This document shows positions 24,876-41,332 of a DNA stretch of 64,000 bases, piece after piece. The notes below the pieces were generated by a model, which had not been told where the DNA came from, ran no database searches, and worked only from the letters and a program-made list of their open reading frames with translations. This DNA is from Octopus sinensis (Eukaryota), in the NCBI RefSeq assembly GCF_006345805.1, contig NC_043002.1, positions 100,130,001 to 100,194,000 of the forward strand, in the 5' to 3' direction. A program made the position numbers and the translations under genes. Position 1 is the first letter of the stretch. Every line of letters begins with the position of its first letter.

Positions 24876-25470
24876 TGACGTGTGTTTTAATCAACAATCA
24901 CCAACAAGGATTTTGCCGTAGTAAATTTTATTATGTTGAAATCTTTGTAAAACGAATTTTAGTAATAATATGGATTTCTTTATCTAAGAATGGTCTAGAA
25001 TATAAACTTCCTTATTTATTTTGGTCATATTATTTATGAAACGGGATTTGTTTTGTTTTTATATATTTTGCAACTAAAATTATATTCTTCTTTTAACATC
25101 TTTCTTTGAAAACGAAATCATTGTATTGATCATATGTCATAAATAACTCTCGAAAGAGAGGTTTAACTATTGTTTTCGGCTTTCATCTCTATTCAACGTT
25201 TGTTTCTTTCGCTGTCGCTCTTACAATTTCTATCGATATTATATGAAAATATTCTGTTGAGAAGTTGTTTTGTTTTAAATCATATTTAGTACACAAAATG
25301 TGTATGGCGATATAAAGTTAAATGTAGATTAGACTGTATTGACATCAAATTCGTAAAATAATTAAATCAATAAAAATTAGGAAATATTTTTCAAATGCTA
25401 TTCATTTTTTGAGAAGATTTAAATCCAGATAAACTGTTATTTATATAATGTCACATTTTTCATGTTATTG

Positions 25471-25882
25471 AGGCGTAGGAGTGGCTGTGTGGTAAGTAGC
25501 TTGCTTACCAACCACATGGTTCCGGGTTCAGTCCCACTGCGTGGCATCTTGGGCAAGTATCTTCTGCTATAGCCTCGGGCCGACCAATGCCTTGTGAGTG
25601 GATTTGGTAGACAGAAACTGAAAGAAGCCTGTCGTATATATGTATACATATATGTATGTGTGTGTATATGTTAGTGTATCTGTGTTTGTCCCCCCCACCA
25701 TCGCTTGACAACCGATGCTGGTGTGTCTACGTCCCCGTCACTTAGCGGTTCGGCAAAAGAGAGGCCGATAGAATAAGTACTAGTCTTACAAAGAATAAGT
25801 CCCGGGGTCGAGTTGCTCGACTAAAGGTGGTGCTCCATCATGGTCGCAGTCAAATGACTGAAACAAGTAAAAGAGTAAAAGA

Positions 25883-25884
<2 letters not shown>
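25471..25884 (+). mobile_element. tRNA-derived SINE, family 'A', near full length
   Basis: A box GTGGCTGTGTGG, B box GGGTTCAGTCCC and a (GTAAAAGA)n tail running into (TA)n; at least 5 copies in the window. Confidence 0.9.
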
Positions 25885-25953
<69 letters not shown>

Positions 25954-27577
25954 TGATATATATCAATATTTGATACAATTGAAAGCAACTTAGAAACTGA
26001 AATGGCGTTCCTTGTTAATCAGATTGTTAAACATGTGGAAAAATGCAACATTATTAAATTTATTTCCAAATATTCTTCAGTTTCCTGATATTGCTTTGAT
26101 TATGAAACAATTTTCTTTTATATTTCCTGTTCAGTTTTGCTTGAGTCGAGATTGTTTCTATTTTTAAGATCCTGGCAAGTAAAACAGTGACCCATATACT
26201 TAATACACATCTATGAATAGCAGAACTAATCGCAAGTTTATTATCAAGCAGCGCCATTATAAAAGAAACAGATGCAAATTTCAGCCGTAGTCTGGACGCG
26301 TCATAGTTGAAGTTCTTTTATGTCCTTAAATAAAATATCTATATTTGTACTACAAGGTGAAATAGTTTACGAAATAAAGAAAGGGGAGGAAAGAAAGAGT
26401 TCGTTTTTACTGTTTGAATGAAAATGAAGAAGATTTATTAATTTCACTCGTACACAAAAACATAAATTCGGATGGTTGAAGTAAACACTCTACCCTTCAC
26501 TGCGACATGACCCCTATTCTGTATTTAAATTCACTGACAAGAAGGCTGAATCATATCCTGTGAACAATTAATAAAATTTAAAATGTTATCAATCTGCAAA
26601 CTTTGACATATTTCCTGTACATAATCTTGATATTTTCGGTTTTTCTCTATTTTGCTTTTGTTTCAACGGACTCAGCTTTCAAATTCCTATCGTCTGCTAA
26701 TGTACACACTTCTTTAACCTGTAAGCTATACCAGAATTTATAAACGGTATAATAAATAAAGAGGTTTATTTGGTATGTGTCGGGGCCAGAAATAAATTAC
26801 TTCTTAATTCATAGAAATATAAAATGAGTTAACTTACCCGTAGTGAAGGGAAACAAATTTACTTTAACGCATAAATTTCTTTAAAGAAAGGCGAGGTAAT
26901 CAACTATAGTATTTAAATTAATTAGGAACTGATTGCGAACATATAGCGAGAGTGAATCTGAATCTGGTACACACCAGAGAGAATTATCGATATGCTTCAG
27001 CTATATTAGGATGTGACAAGTATCGTTAACATTGACTCAAGTGAATAAAGACTTCATGAGATAAAACTTTAGGCAACTAAACGTATAAACCGAAAAAAAA
27101 ATGTTTTGAATGACTAGTAATATGAATAAAGTATTCAATGAAGACGATGATTTTTTTTTTAATAATTATGTGTAATTACATCTGTAGTAAAATCAAAAAT
27201 CATGAATTAGTTTTAATAAGATATTCTTGCCACGAATACTGGAAAATTTTAATGGACGAAATCAAAGTATAAAACACAAAATTTGGATGAGTTTTTTTCC
27301 TTACGAAAGAGTATCACTTTCTGACACCATGCTGATGTTCCTAATGAATTTTTATGCTAGCATTTTGCTATGTCACAAAATTTTATTATATAGGTCTCTG
27401 GATGATGAATATTATTCCGTGGTTTAATTCTTAATTTTGAAATAAAAACGACAAATTCATTTTCTTTTCAACATTGAATTGAAAAGAAAGCTCATAAATT
27501 CCGAAAGTGAAAAATCGTCTAGGGTACTATTTTCCCTGCCAGGTAAAGCAGTGAAATCGTACTTCATCATCTGTTAG

Positions 27578-28830
<1,253 letters not shown>

Positions 28831-29124
28831 AATATATAGCAGTTACATGTGATTATGCATTTAGATGCATCATAATTTTATAAATGCTGAGATGTTCACA
28901 GTAAGTACGCCGTTGGCTGTTGGTCACTGAAACGATTTTATCTAAACAGTAGTAGCGATAGTATTTTTAAAAAATAGTAATTAACCCTACATGCTTGGAT
29001 CTAATTTGAGGTTATTATTCTTGAGTTATTTTTTTAGCGGTATTAGTCGTTGAATTTTGAAAATATATGAAATGGAGTAATCATAATCGACGAAATCCCT
29101 ATATGCTTGTTTGTGGGGGACATG

Positions 29125-29290
29125 TGTCTGTGTGTATGTTTGCCTATGTGTTGCAGGATTAGTTACTTATAGCAGAGTGAGCTGGAGCAATACGAAAGTG
29201 TTTTGCTCTAAAACATGATGAATCACCATATCTGAGAACCGAAACCACGATCTTGCTATCGTAAGTACTATTTCTTAGCCACCGAACAGC
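29125..29290 (-). mobile_element. Degenerate SINE ('B'-related head)
   Basis: GAGTGAGCTGGAGCAA..AAAGTGTTTTGCTC..GAACCGAAACCACGATC resembles 61970-62065. Confidence 0.55.
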
Positions 29291-32200
29291 ATTCTACCCT
29301 GGTTTGGGGAAGATAGTTTGAAGGCAACAAGCCGATGTATTAAAATATTTTCTCCCGATACTGTTGTCTATCAATCGAAAGGCCGCGAACATGGACCAAT
29401 ACATTTTAGTTGCAGTGACATCGTAGGCATCGATATCACAATCTGGTAAAACTGATATAGTTTAAGTAAGGCACCCTCTCCAACCACTAACAATTCCACC
29501 AATCTATCTTTTTTTAATAATGAAAGGATGAAATTTTAACGCTCGTTATATGAACTTTGTACACAGACACGAAACAAATGTTGCGAGCTTTCTAATGACA
29601 TAGCTAATTCGCGGCCTTGCACACAACACACTTGTATGGATGTGCGCATGTCTCTGCATCTGTTTGCGCAAGTGTGGTTGGAATAACATTTATGACGCAC
29701 TAAGAAGTATAATTGATCTTTGTCTGCTAAGTTCTGAAGACCATTATCTGTGAGAGAAAAGCGTCAATAAGAGATGCTATAGGAGTGATTGTAAAGTGAA
29801 TGTAAAGTGATTATACACCAATGCTGAATTTCGGCATATGATATAAATTAAAGAAAGAAATTTAGACTGGTAAATTAATCACACATTAGTGACGTTACAT
29901 TCTACTTGAAATATTCACTTATTCAAGATGTATCACGAGGTACCGCTTGCTAGCATATTGTCGTGCGTGACTGAACAAATATAGACATGAAAAAAATATA
30001 GTCATGAAAGATATATTTTTTCTGGTCATTCTATTTCAGACTAAATTATACATATCATTATTTATAATAATAATAAGGTTAAAAACCTTAAATGAGTTTT
30101 ACCTCGTAGATAAATGAATATAAATATTTTATAATTATATACATAATTATAATAATGGCTTGGCTTGCGCCCCACCACGCACTGAAAAATAGACCATAAA
30201 AACACACTACACATAGGCCGAGAAAAACACACTACACATAGGCCAGGATGTATGTATGTATGTATGTAAAATCGGTAAGGCTTGATTTCAGAGAGAATAT
30301 GCAGGTATACCTATGAGTCCAATTTTCTTGTTCATATTATTACATGACTTGGTCTGCGTGGTTTTAATTGTCAGTAAGTAGCAATAACATCGGTAACGAA
30401 CATAGAAACAGTGCCTCATATTTATGGAGAAAACTTTTGATTAAATTGCACCAGTTTCCTACTTAGTTTTTTTCTCCTCCCCATTTGCGTTGGCAGTAAT
30501 CGAAAGTTTAAAGCCAGCAGCAACTAAATGCCGCTCAGTCGCATTTCTAGCGGCGAAAGAAACGTGTGTGCATCAATAACACGATGTATTTTGCTGATGT
30601 CTACGCTTTACAACTCTCACCCATATACATTCATGATATGAAGTCACTTTCAAATTAGAAATACATACGCACTCCATATACATACCTACATCTATATGTA
30701 GGTGTGTGAGTGAGTGTATATGTGCATCGATACACACGAGAAACTTCGCTCAATTACCGCCTGCCAATTTTGTAAGGTATTAGGGAACTTGACGTTATGG
30801 TAAAAGACATGTACGCTACTTTAGTTTCCGTGAAGGGTAATGAAAACTAGGAAGACGTTATTTTGAAGCGAAATTCCCAACCACTTCGCCATACATGCGC
30901 TCATAAATAAGTAAAATTACGCACTGGTGCTAGACGAAGAGCAAATTAGAATCTTTTTTCTAATATACAGTTCTTTATTTATTTTATATTTGCTATCATA
31001 ATTACACCTTTCTCCCGTTTATGAACAGAATAATATGATTAAGCTACATAGCAACAATCAACTCTCTACTACTGTATCGTTTTTTTTATGCCGTATGTTA
31101 TCAAATGTTCTGCTCCAGTAGCAGAAGAATGTTATTATCAATGCTTCGAGCAACCAATTATTTATTAGATGGTGTCCCACAATGGCTACGTTGTTTAGTC
31201 TATATTCAATGCTGATTTGGAATTTACTCTTGGGATTCATATTTCATTGCATCACTACGCGAAATGAAAATGCTCAGAATTAATCAAACGTCATAATGAG
31301 TTATAGTGTAATGAATATATCTTTTAATTGCATTACTAGCTCAGTATAATACAGCGAAATAGAAGAATCGGTAGAGCGCAGGAAAAACGCTTTTCTGCAG
31401 CTCTAATTCCACCGCTGTCAAATTTGTCTTTCCTTTCCCGGTATGATAAAGGAAATGATAGTCAAGGACTTGATTGAAGCATTCTACTAATAATCTCCCC
31501 TCAATATCACTGGTTTTATGCCTTAATCAAAAACAATTATTTTGTTTTTTAGAATTAATTTAGTACTTTAAATGCATCAAACCTGGTAAATTGCATACTT
31601 ATAAATTTGTTCTGTGTTATCAACATTTTCGTCGCACCCATGCAGCTGGTTCAGTGTTAACTTTATATAGCGATGAAAATTTTGACAGCTTAACAAACAA
31701 ATAAATGAAAATTAAATTTACCTGTCTTTATGTCAGAACATTAACTGTTCCGCGACGCAGTTTTTTAGTTTATAAAAAATATTCTTGGATCTTATTATTT
31801 GCCTGAAAACAAACGCGGAAGAAAACAAAGAAAGTATACTACTTGAGCCAAAGCATGATAACGAATGAAATAGCTGTTTTATTAGAAAAAGAATCATGTA
31901 TAACAAGACTCCAACGAATAATATTTGTAACCATAAAAATAAAGTATTGATAATATAAACATGCATTTGATATTTTTTTTAATGATTATACTCAACAAAA
32001 GTAGGTATGTATCTCAAGAGTTGGCATAATTATTTAATGAGTACCTTGTAGTGAAATCCTTTATTTAATTCCTGCAGGATTAAATAAAAATACAATGGAC
32101 AACTTCATGTTGGATGATATCACTTATATTTTGTTTTTGCTTTCTTGCTGTGTATTTAATTCAATCAAAATACAAACAAGAACTATGTAGCTGATATAGA

Positions 32201-33667
32201 GCGCTTCAGAATGTTTTGTTGTTATCACTGAATACAAACGTAGGTTCACTGTAGATATATGAGAAACTTGCTTCATAAAGGTGACAACCATATAATAGAG
32301 GAAACAAGTAAGTCTAGGTACAGTTGAACTGCATTATAACAAAAAAAGTTATTCTCTTGGAGTTTCAGTATGTTAGAATACGCAGTTACTTTTATATATA
32401 TTTTTAACTTATTCGATCATAAATATAAGAATATACTATTCCATAATAGAAAAATAATAAAATGAGATTAAACGAGTTTGCTAATGGATACTGTCGCTGA
32501 AAAGAATCAGAATGGTATACATAAAATGTTGTAGATAAAATTGAGTCTGCAAAGTCGTGTTTTCTGAATCATAAAATTCCCCTGTGTAAATGACCACAAT
32601 CCTTCTTAGTGACTATGCAATGCTACGATTTCTATTCAGAATTATTCATAGTTCATAGGAGTTGAGCGAGACATATTTCTGTAAATATGACAGATTAATA
32701 TGGTTTCAGAAAGCCTACAGAAGAATTAAGTAGTGCTATACTGAAGCATAGTCTTCTGCTTTTGGTCTTTTTCCAAAATAAACAAAGATATAAAATTTAG
32801 ATTCAAGCATATTATTTAATATTTGGAATAGCGATTAGTAACTCAGGGTTTCAGGTATAATCGTTTAGTAACATAGGTTTTACCTATGGTAACTTAGATC
32901 GACACCACTAGTATGGTGATGTGATAAATTTCAACCCTGGAAATATTAGAATTTGGAAACTAAGACCTTTATTACATTGGTTCAAGAATATATTTACGGC
33001 TCGCTAGTTCAGTTTGCAAACACGTGTTTCTGGTCTCAATCCCACCTCTTGATTACATTTATTCTATAGTGTCAGTTTGTCCCTCATCACCACCAACGAG
33101 CTTCTGAGTGCAATTGAGTAGACGGAAATTGTATGGAAGCGCATCACACATGTGCACGTGTCAGTAGCAATGGATATCAGCAATGTAGCAAACATTAGCG
33201 AAAATACGGGTAACCGGTATTTTTTGAGCGAAACCCATTGTGTTAATTGCCTTTTTCTAAGGTACGGACATAAACAAATAGAGACCTATAGCCGATGAAG
33301 TTATTATTCCCCAAACACAATACTATTTCATTTGCTATAAATGAACATTACACTTCACCTTAATAACCTCTTAAGTAGTATAGCGAAAACTAAAAATAGA
33401 TTATTTCTAGAAATATATCATTGTTATTTCGTTATTTCTTTAATTCGGTACACTGTTTATAACAAATAAACATATAGATTTCAAAATGCAAAATTATGTT
33501 TAAAAATAATATTGTATTGTTGAAATTCTAAAGACTCGGTGATGGCAATTGGAAACTAAACCAGTCAAATACTTGTTTCACTTTATTAAATTTGAAACAC
33601 TAAGATATGTCTGTGAATAGAGAGAGATGCAATACCTTATGATAATATATTATTTGTGTTCTTAATT

Positions 33668-34165
33668 CATAACTCTCGTTATCTCCTCAAAGACATACAG
33701 CATCTCGAAAGAGTCCAGAAGCTGGCTACCCGCATGGTTCTTGGTCTCAAGAATTTGTCTTATGAAGAAAGGCTGAAGACGCTCGACCTTTATTCTCTAG
33801 AAAAACGACGACGCTGTGGAGATCTCATTCTTGCTCACAACATCATAAGCGGAAAGTGTAACCTCTCGAAAGAGCTGTTCATCACTCCTGCTCAAGAGCG
33901 TCGGCTGCGGGGTCACTCCGAAAAGCTCTATCTGCGACGATTTAATCTCAATCGAAGGAGAGGGGCTTTTCTCCGTCCGAGTTGCGAATCCGTGGAATAA
34001 GCTGCCAGACGAGATGGTGAAGATGCCGACGACCGCTCGGGTCAAAGTCTCCTTTGACCTCAAGTGGCCTGAACTCTTTACATGAACACCACCCTGTACA
34101 TAACTCCATGTCCCCCTACATGGCCTTGCTTTTTGCTTTTGGAGCCAAAAAATTAACTAACTAAC
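33668..34165 (+). mobile_element. 3' end of a CR1/L2-group LINE
   Basis: KDIQHLERVQKLATRMVLGLKNLSYEERLKTLDLYSLEKRR..GDLI and RLRGHSEKL, then a frameshifted VRVANPWNKLP; (AACT)n tail. Confidence 0.9.
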
Positions 34166-35773
34166 ATAACGTGTAGCAACACCTGAATTGTATCATATCG
34201 ACACATACCGCCATTTATAATTTATGCAAAACATACCATAACTGTTAGAATTAATTAGTTGATATAGTATTAGTTAAGTATTACTTGTAAGAACGTGTAT
34301 GACTGAAGCTTTGCATTTCCTACGCAAAACGTAAAATTATGCATGTAACTAGAGGAAGATACATTGACTAACTATCAGCACATGTAGAGAGAAAACTATT
34401 AATTCTGATTACTTTTATATAGATGATTACTTTTAATCATCTATATAAGCTGATATAGATGATTAAAACTAAAACCTCTTTAATTTTATGCTGTAAGTAT
34501 GTGTTTAAAATGTGCTAAAACGTTTATGTGCAAATAATTATGAATATTTTTTTTTTAAATCAATCAAATAGTTTCGAACTCTAGAAACTTTGCTTTTCAT
34601 CCTTTCGACGGTTTACTGGCAAGACTCATTTCTGAATATGAACACAGTATTAATACTTTGTACTATGATATCACTATATAGAGCGCAGAATTTTTATCAC
34701 TTTATTTGGTTGGTTATGATATGAAAAGCGTTCCGAAGTACACCGCCAGTCAGCAATTACTACAAACTTCCTTTATCATTTCAATAAATTATCTGTTCCT
34801 TACATAATTACACTATTTTATTCGCCAATTCGTCGATGTCTTATCAACTCCCTAATTTCACATTTTTTTGCCTGTTTCTTTTCCCCTTAACTATTTTGTT
34901 TTGATCTTTGTAGATTGCTTATCTCACCTTAATTTGGGAAAACTTGTCACATTTTCAGATTTCTGCGACAGCTTAGTTTGTTAATTCTAACACCGTTTAC
35001 TGCCCCAATTATTCGTTTTACTTTCTGATTTGTTCTTGTTATTCTCTGGAAATAATTTTATTGAAAAAACATATTCTAAAAAACATTGGAGGCTTTAAGG
35101 TATAATCGTTGGTTGATTTAAAATGCGATGCATGCCTTTAATGTATTACTTAAATTACTTTCGATACCAGAATAATGATATTAATAATTTAACTAAACTG
35201 GAAACCAAATGCGTCGAGATATTATATTTCGCCATTCCTTCCTCTGAATCCAAATAGTGCTGAGGCAACTTTTGTGTATTATCCTTCACCGTTGACAAAA
35301 GTTTTCCAGTAATATTCTGGTGATTGGATGGAAGATAATTGATATTTTGTCCACATACTTAGTTTGATCGGGCCTATGACGAAGGGCGGTGCATTTCATG
35401 ATACGAAAGCACTCGTTAGTCTTTTTGTGTATCTAGGACTACACTGGCCAATGCACCAATCATTCATTTTTGGATGATACAATGTGACGTTCAGTGACTT
35501 GGCTGCTATATCTAGTAGATAGGTAGCGAATTAATTTGTTCCATTTGGCGGTTGCTTTCGGTAAGCAGATATGATTCAATATACAGTTCAATGATTCTGG
35601 TCCATCTGCATTGCACTATCTACTTACTCAATCTGAAAATTATATGGATAGAAACGATTTCTCGAAAATAATGAAACATGATAGTTAGATGCAGACTTCC
35701 GTTCGTTTGTAATTTTGATGATCTTGTTAACTTTTATACTAAAGATTACCGGAAGACAAATATATTCGGTGTG

Positions 35774-35824
<51 letters not shown>

Positions 35825-38205
35825 AACTAGATTCTGGTGATATGTATATATACAGAAGAAAAGTGTCTGAAGATAAGCGAGAAAGATAAGTGATATATGG
35901 CGAACTGACTAGAAATTTTAAATTCAATGGCAACAAAATTATTGCATAATTTCCTCGAAAACCAAGACCAGAGAGGGACTGGAATTCTCTAATGAAACTA
36001 TTTCAATTAATTTACAATTCTAATGTCTTCTGGAAAGTAGGAATAGTTAGGAATTGTCTAATTCCATTTTACCTTTCATTAACAGTAAAGGTCTGTAATA
36101 ATGAATTATCTTTATTACGGTTGGCTAATTTGCGAGCAATGTGAACAACATTGGGCTACAGTTTACCGTCTAAAATAAATAGAAATTTAGGGCGATGTAT
36201 TCTTTGAAACAATGTATCAAATGTATCAAATTATTGCATTATCGAGGTTATTCATCTTTTAATACGTTTACAAATATGTTTTATTAACAATCATGGTTAA
36301 ATAAAATTCGGTCAGAATCTGATTTATGGATACTCTTTTAGAAGATAGTTAATTAATTCAAAAATATATAAATTACAGAGGATTTACTATCAAACCTTAA
36401 ATGTATTGAAGTATGGTAACTGCAACTTGATTCCGCAACCGGTTTCTTTTTATTCATGGTTTCGGTGGTGTAACATTTATTTAAGAAATTAGTACTTAAG
36501 AAAACTCTGAACACAATAACTTTAAGACAAGCTCTCTGTATTGCAATTATAGAGTACAGAAGTAAAGTTGTAAAGCAATAAAAAAAATGTGTGATTCAAA
36601 ACCGCTGTGGAAATGTTACTTCTCAGATAGCTACTTTAACATCACGTGCACTATAATGTCCTTATAGAATTATAGTCCGCTGCATACAATCTAGTCAGGT
36701 TTTCAATGTAAGGGTAACTACTTCTCTTCCAGTTATCATGTGAAGAATGAGTGGTTACTGCATTCTCCATTATGATTAAGATTTGTATTAATTCATAGCT
36801 CCACATTTCTTCTAGCTTAACTATATATTTAAATGCATTGGGTCTATTAAATGTGAAAAAATAAACCAATATTAAATCGTGCAAGGTAAACGAAACGAAT
36901 ATTCTCGACAAACTCATTGTCCGCCAAATCGTTATCTACAGATAATATCATTTCCTTTGCCTTACACTGTTATGTCAACATTTCCAACATCCTGTTGCTT
37001 CATTTACTAAATGCGGTTAAGTTGTCTGTGGTGAATCAGAAAGCAGTTATTTCAAAAAGTATGGTAGCTATTATTTATAAAGAAATGTTAATTAGTTTCA
37101 TTTATATGTTAATCAGTTGTGTATAGTCTTATTTACTTTTTGCTGCGCGTTATAATTAATCATTATATTATTATGTGGTAATTAACTAATCCAATTCTCT
37201 TGCATCTGTAGAATTAGTCATAATTCTTAAATTAAATTTTCAATCTATTCAAAACGTAAGCTTTCATGTACATTGTATTGTCTCTGTATTCATTACAACT
37301 GATTCACCAAAAGTATAATCAGATTCATGAACTATTATTTAATTTTGTTTTCTAATACTTAGCATTAAACAGATCTTCGATTTCCATAGTTACTTTACTC
37401 AGGAAAGGGTTATTTTAAATGTGTATTAATATCTTTGTAGCGTGAAATTAAACGACAAGGAATGTTGTCATTTGTCTTCGTATAAAAGAACTTTTTTTTT
37501 TTGACATTTAATTTAAAATTCTATAAACATAATCACATTTAAATTTCAATGTGAAATATGTATTTTTGCTGCCAATATTCTTCAAAGAAAATTATTTCTT
37601 TATTTATTTATACAATGCGTAAATTCATTTAGTGGGCGGCGAATGTACAAGAAGTGATTTTGATGTTTTCCATCGGATTACTAGCGTAAGAAAACTAAAC
37701 TTCAATGAGTTATACTGTTTTGAGTTCAAATTCCCCAGACAGAACATATGCATTATATACTTCAATTTATGTCGAAGGTACAAAACAGAGACTCACTTAA
37801 CTACTGCTATTCATAATAAACTACAATAATCTCCAATAAATGTGGTCGTGTTTAAACATTTAAAGCGGTTATTCTTATTTTTTGCCAGTAGCCTCATTCG
37901 AATATTTCACTACACCACGCGGCGTACTGCAAAATAATGTTCCGAAAGTATTGTTATTGCTATGTAGAAATGTTTAGTGTTCGTAAATCATTAAGTGTAT
38001 GGCATAAAGCCCATTCATTTTAGATGGGAGAGGGTTTTACATTATTAGAGGTTCATTCTGATGATTAGGTATAGATTATAACTAATGCCAGATAACTGAA
38101 GGTGTATTTCAGATGGGAACTGCTTTCATTAGGGCTACGTTTTAGATATATATACGCGTGTGTGAGTGTGTGTATATGTGTGTGTGTTTTAAATAAAATA
38201 ACTAC

Positions 38206-38403
38206 GCCAAGGCAATTTGATATTCCTAGAAATTAAAAATGTGGTCTTACAGCTGTTTCGGGGAAATAAATGATGTCCCATTTAAAAGAGCTTGAAGCTC
38301 TTTTAACTAGTCTCTGATGATATGATATCATTTATTTCCCTGAAAAAGCTGTAAGACCACCTTTCTACTTATAAATGTGCTAGGAATATCAAATTGCCTT
38401 GGC
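38206..38403. repeat. About 200-bp imperfect fold-back with a central 25-bp hairpin
   Basis: GCCAAGGCAATTTGATATTCCTAG / CTAGGAATATCAAATTGCCTTGGC; GTGGTCTTACAGCT / AGCTGTAAGACCAC; centre TTAAAAGAGCTT-G-AAGCTCTTTTAA. Confidence 0.9.
38310..38357 (+). ncRNA. Type I hammerhead ribozyme relic
   Basis: GTCT-CTGATGA-(stem II)-GAAA-AAGCTG-TA-AGAC. The opposite arm preserves GGGA..TCCC-CGAAACAGCTGTA-AGAC, giving a canonical consensus with a GUA cleavage site. Confidence 0.65.
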
Positions 38404-38587
38404 CTCGTTATCTTATTATAGTTAACAAATACACGCTCACACAGGTCCTGCGCTAGACTCCTCACTCATGCTATTATTGAACCGAGAGCTTAAGAGCGGT
38501 CCTTCCGTAGCGCTTACATAGCCTTACTTGCCTTTTGGGTCTCCTTGTTACAAAACATCTTACACACACACACACACACACACACAC

Positions 38588-38651
<64 letters not shown>

Positions 38652-40906
38652 TAGGTGCCCTAAAAATGCAGATATTTTCACTCCAGTTATTTTCTTTTAT
38701 CATACACCGTGGATCTTCTTTACTTGCCTTGCTTTTATTCTCCTTCCCCCGTTTTCCCTATTTCTTTAGACATTAGCAGATTTTCTTTGTGTTTTTGAGT
38801 GATAATTTGGTCGGAATACATCAAGATTTCTATCGAACAGAAAATATATTTCCTTTGATTATTACATCTAAGAGTTCGCTTTGATCATCGTCTTCATCTT
38901 CAAAGACATCAGCTATAATAACCAAGGTGTTCTTATATATAAGATTTGGTAAGTATTTATGTTATTTACTTTCACGTTTTGATGTGGGAGTGCCTAAATA
39001 TTGTTCAGTGGATATCGCTACAAACTCGTGTTTGTGCCTCAGGAAATGTTGAGTCTTTGCAAGATCTAGGTAGCTGCAAATGAGGTAATCGATTATTTCT
39101 TATGCTATATTTAATATAACTATTATTGATTTAGAACACTTTCCTCAAATCATGCGTATTTTGATATCAATGATGTGTTCATGTAGAGTTCTGAATAGAT
39201 TCTCCGATGGGTATTGCGTCTTGTATATATATATATGGTAATGATCCATAAAAAGGAGTGGTTTATAACCTTCAAATTATTTGTAACGAATGTTAGTTTG
39301 CTTTAAGAGACTTGTTAGTGTAAGGCAGCACGAAATTTTGGCTGAAAAACCTTTATTCTTCAAGCAAGTGTCTATTCTTAATTTTTCTCAGTCATTTTAA
39401 TTCTCTTAATGTTTTCCGTTTTGGCAGCATATGTTGCTTTCGTATAGAAGATCCATTGTTGCTGTCAAAAGTCTTTCAGTGATATAATCCTCGGTTGCTC
39501 TTTATATACATTTATAACACTCTCTCAAGTCTTCTACCAAAATATCTCTGCAATAATAAGTAATCAGTCTATGCTTTATGTATATTGTTCAGAGACGTTT
39601 GGGATCTGGGAAGTATTATTATTTGGTCTTCTAGAAATATTTCTCAAGTTGATAATGTTCTCTCTTGTAATTCATTGGATCATGGGTTTTATATCGCAGC
39701 TGTAAATAAATAGATAGTGGTTAAGCTCCGTGACAAGAAGTTGAAGACAACATGAATTTCAGGAGCTAACAATCTCTGGTTTGAAAATTATCAGGTCTTA
39801 CAACTAAAAAATATTGGTGATTTTCTTAATCTTTATTCTTTCTCCTTTCCATTCTCATGTATTACCGTTGTGCTCTATACTTCAGTTTCTCAACGATGTT
39901 CTCTCAATAAAACTGTATTTGCGTCCAGTGGTGTTTCCGGTGGAGAATATATTTCTAATTGTGTTTAACTGGAAAATTTTACTTTAACGACGTATTTAAG
40001 ATTGTACAATCACACATATTATCGAAAATGTTTTTTTTAATGTTTATTTATTTATTTATTGCAATAAGTTTTTCGCATTTATATAATCATACTTTTCTTC
40101 GTATTTACTGCGTTATATTTACTTTTACAGTGTTAAACCGCTTGGTTTCGTTTACGAGGATAAGGAACATATTTTTGAAATTTGTCAATGGATTTTATAT
40201 AGGGATATTTCTTACGACTGTATTTTAATAGGTGTTGGTGAGAGGGGAAAATGCACATTTTCAATTAGTCTTAATTTCCACGATGCTGTCATGACAACTC
40301 AATAAAATGCCTTAATAGGGATGATCCATGTTCGACTTTGCTTCGCTGGAAGAAATTTTCGTAAAGTGCCGTGGTGCATTCCATTATTATATACTAGAGA
40401 TTTATATATTATATTCACAGTTCGTAAATATGGTTCCATTGATATTCGTTAATTAGTTTTGCTGCATGTACTTCCTTATGTTTATTGCTTTTGATAAAAT
40501 ATAATTTTGTGGCTTGTGTATTCGGTTGTTATAAGTGATATATATTATTTCGTATATTATTTAAAACATTCGACATTATATTTTTACTTCCGTTGTTTTA
40601 CTGGTATTTTTGCTGGAGGACATAGTTTCAATGTGTTCTTAGATTTCAGAATGTTCTGGGTGTTTAGTATGCGTCTTCATAAAGAAGACCCATGATTTAA
40701 ACCTTCCACCCACGGAGGTGTTACCGGGACTACATTACACAATTGTCATTCTTTGCTTAAACTACTAAAACGAGGTTGTTGCCTTTCTTTAGCTACGATA
40801 TGAGTGTTATTTCTTGCACACGAGACCATAAAAATTTCCTCATCGTGTGCTCAGATGTTATGAGTCCGATAGTTTCTGCAGTACAGTAACACAATAATTG
40901 AAATTC

Positions 40907-40937
<31 letters not shown>

Positions 40938-40938
<1 letters not shown>

Positions 40939-41332
40939 CTCTTTTACTTGTTTCAGTCATTTGACTGCGGCCATGCTGGAGCACCGCCTTTAGTCGAACA
41001 AATCGACCCCGGGACTTATTCGTTGTAAGGCTAGTACTTATTCTATCGGTCTCTTTTGCCGAACCGCTAAGTGACGGGGACGTAAACACACCAGCATCGG
41101 TTGTCAAGCAATGCTAGGGGGACAAACACGGACATACAAACACACATACACACGCACATATATATATACGACAGTCTTCTTTCAGTTTCCGTCTACCAAA
41201 TCCATTCACAAGGCATTGGTCGGCCCGGGGCTATAGCAGAAGGCACTTGCCCAAGATGCCACGCAGTGGGACTGAACCCGGAACCATGTGGTTGGTTAGC
41301 AAGCTACTTACCACACAGCCACTCCTGCGCCC
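40938..41332 (-). mobile_element. SINE family 'A', near full length
   Basis: Highly similar reverse complement of 25471-25884. Confidence 0.9.
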
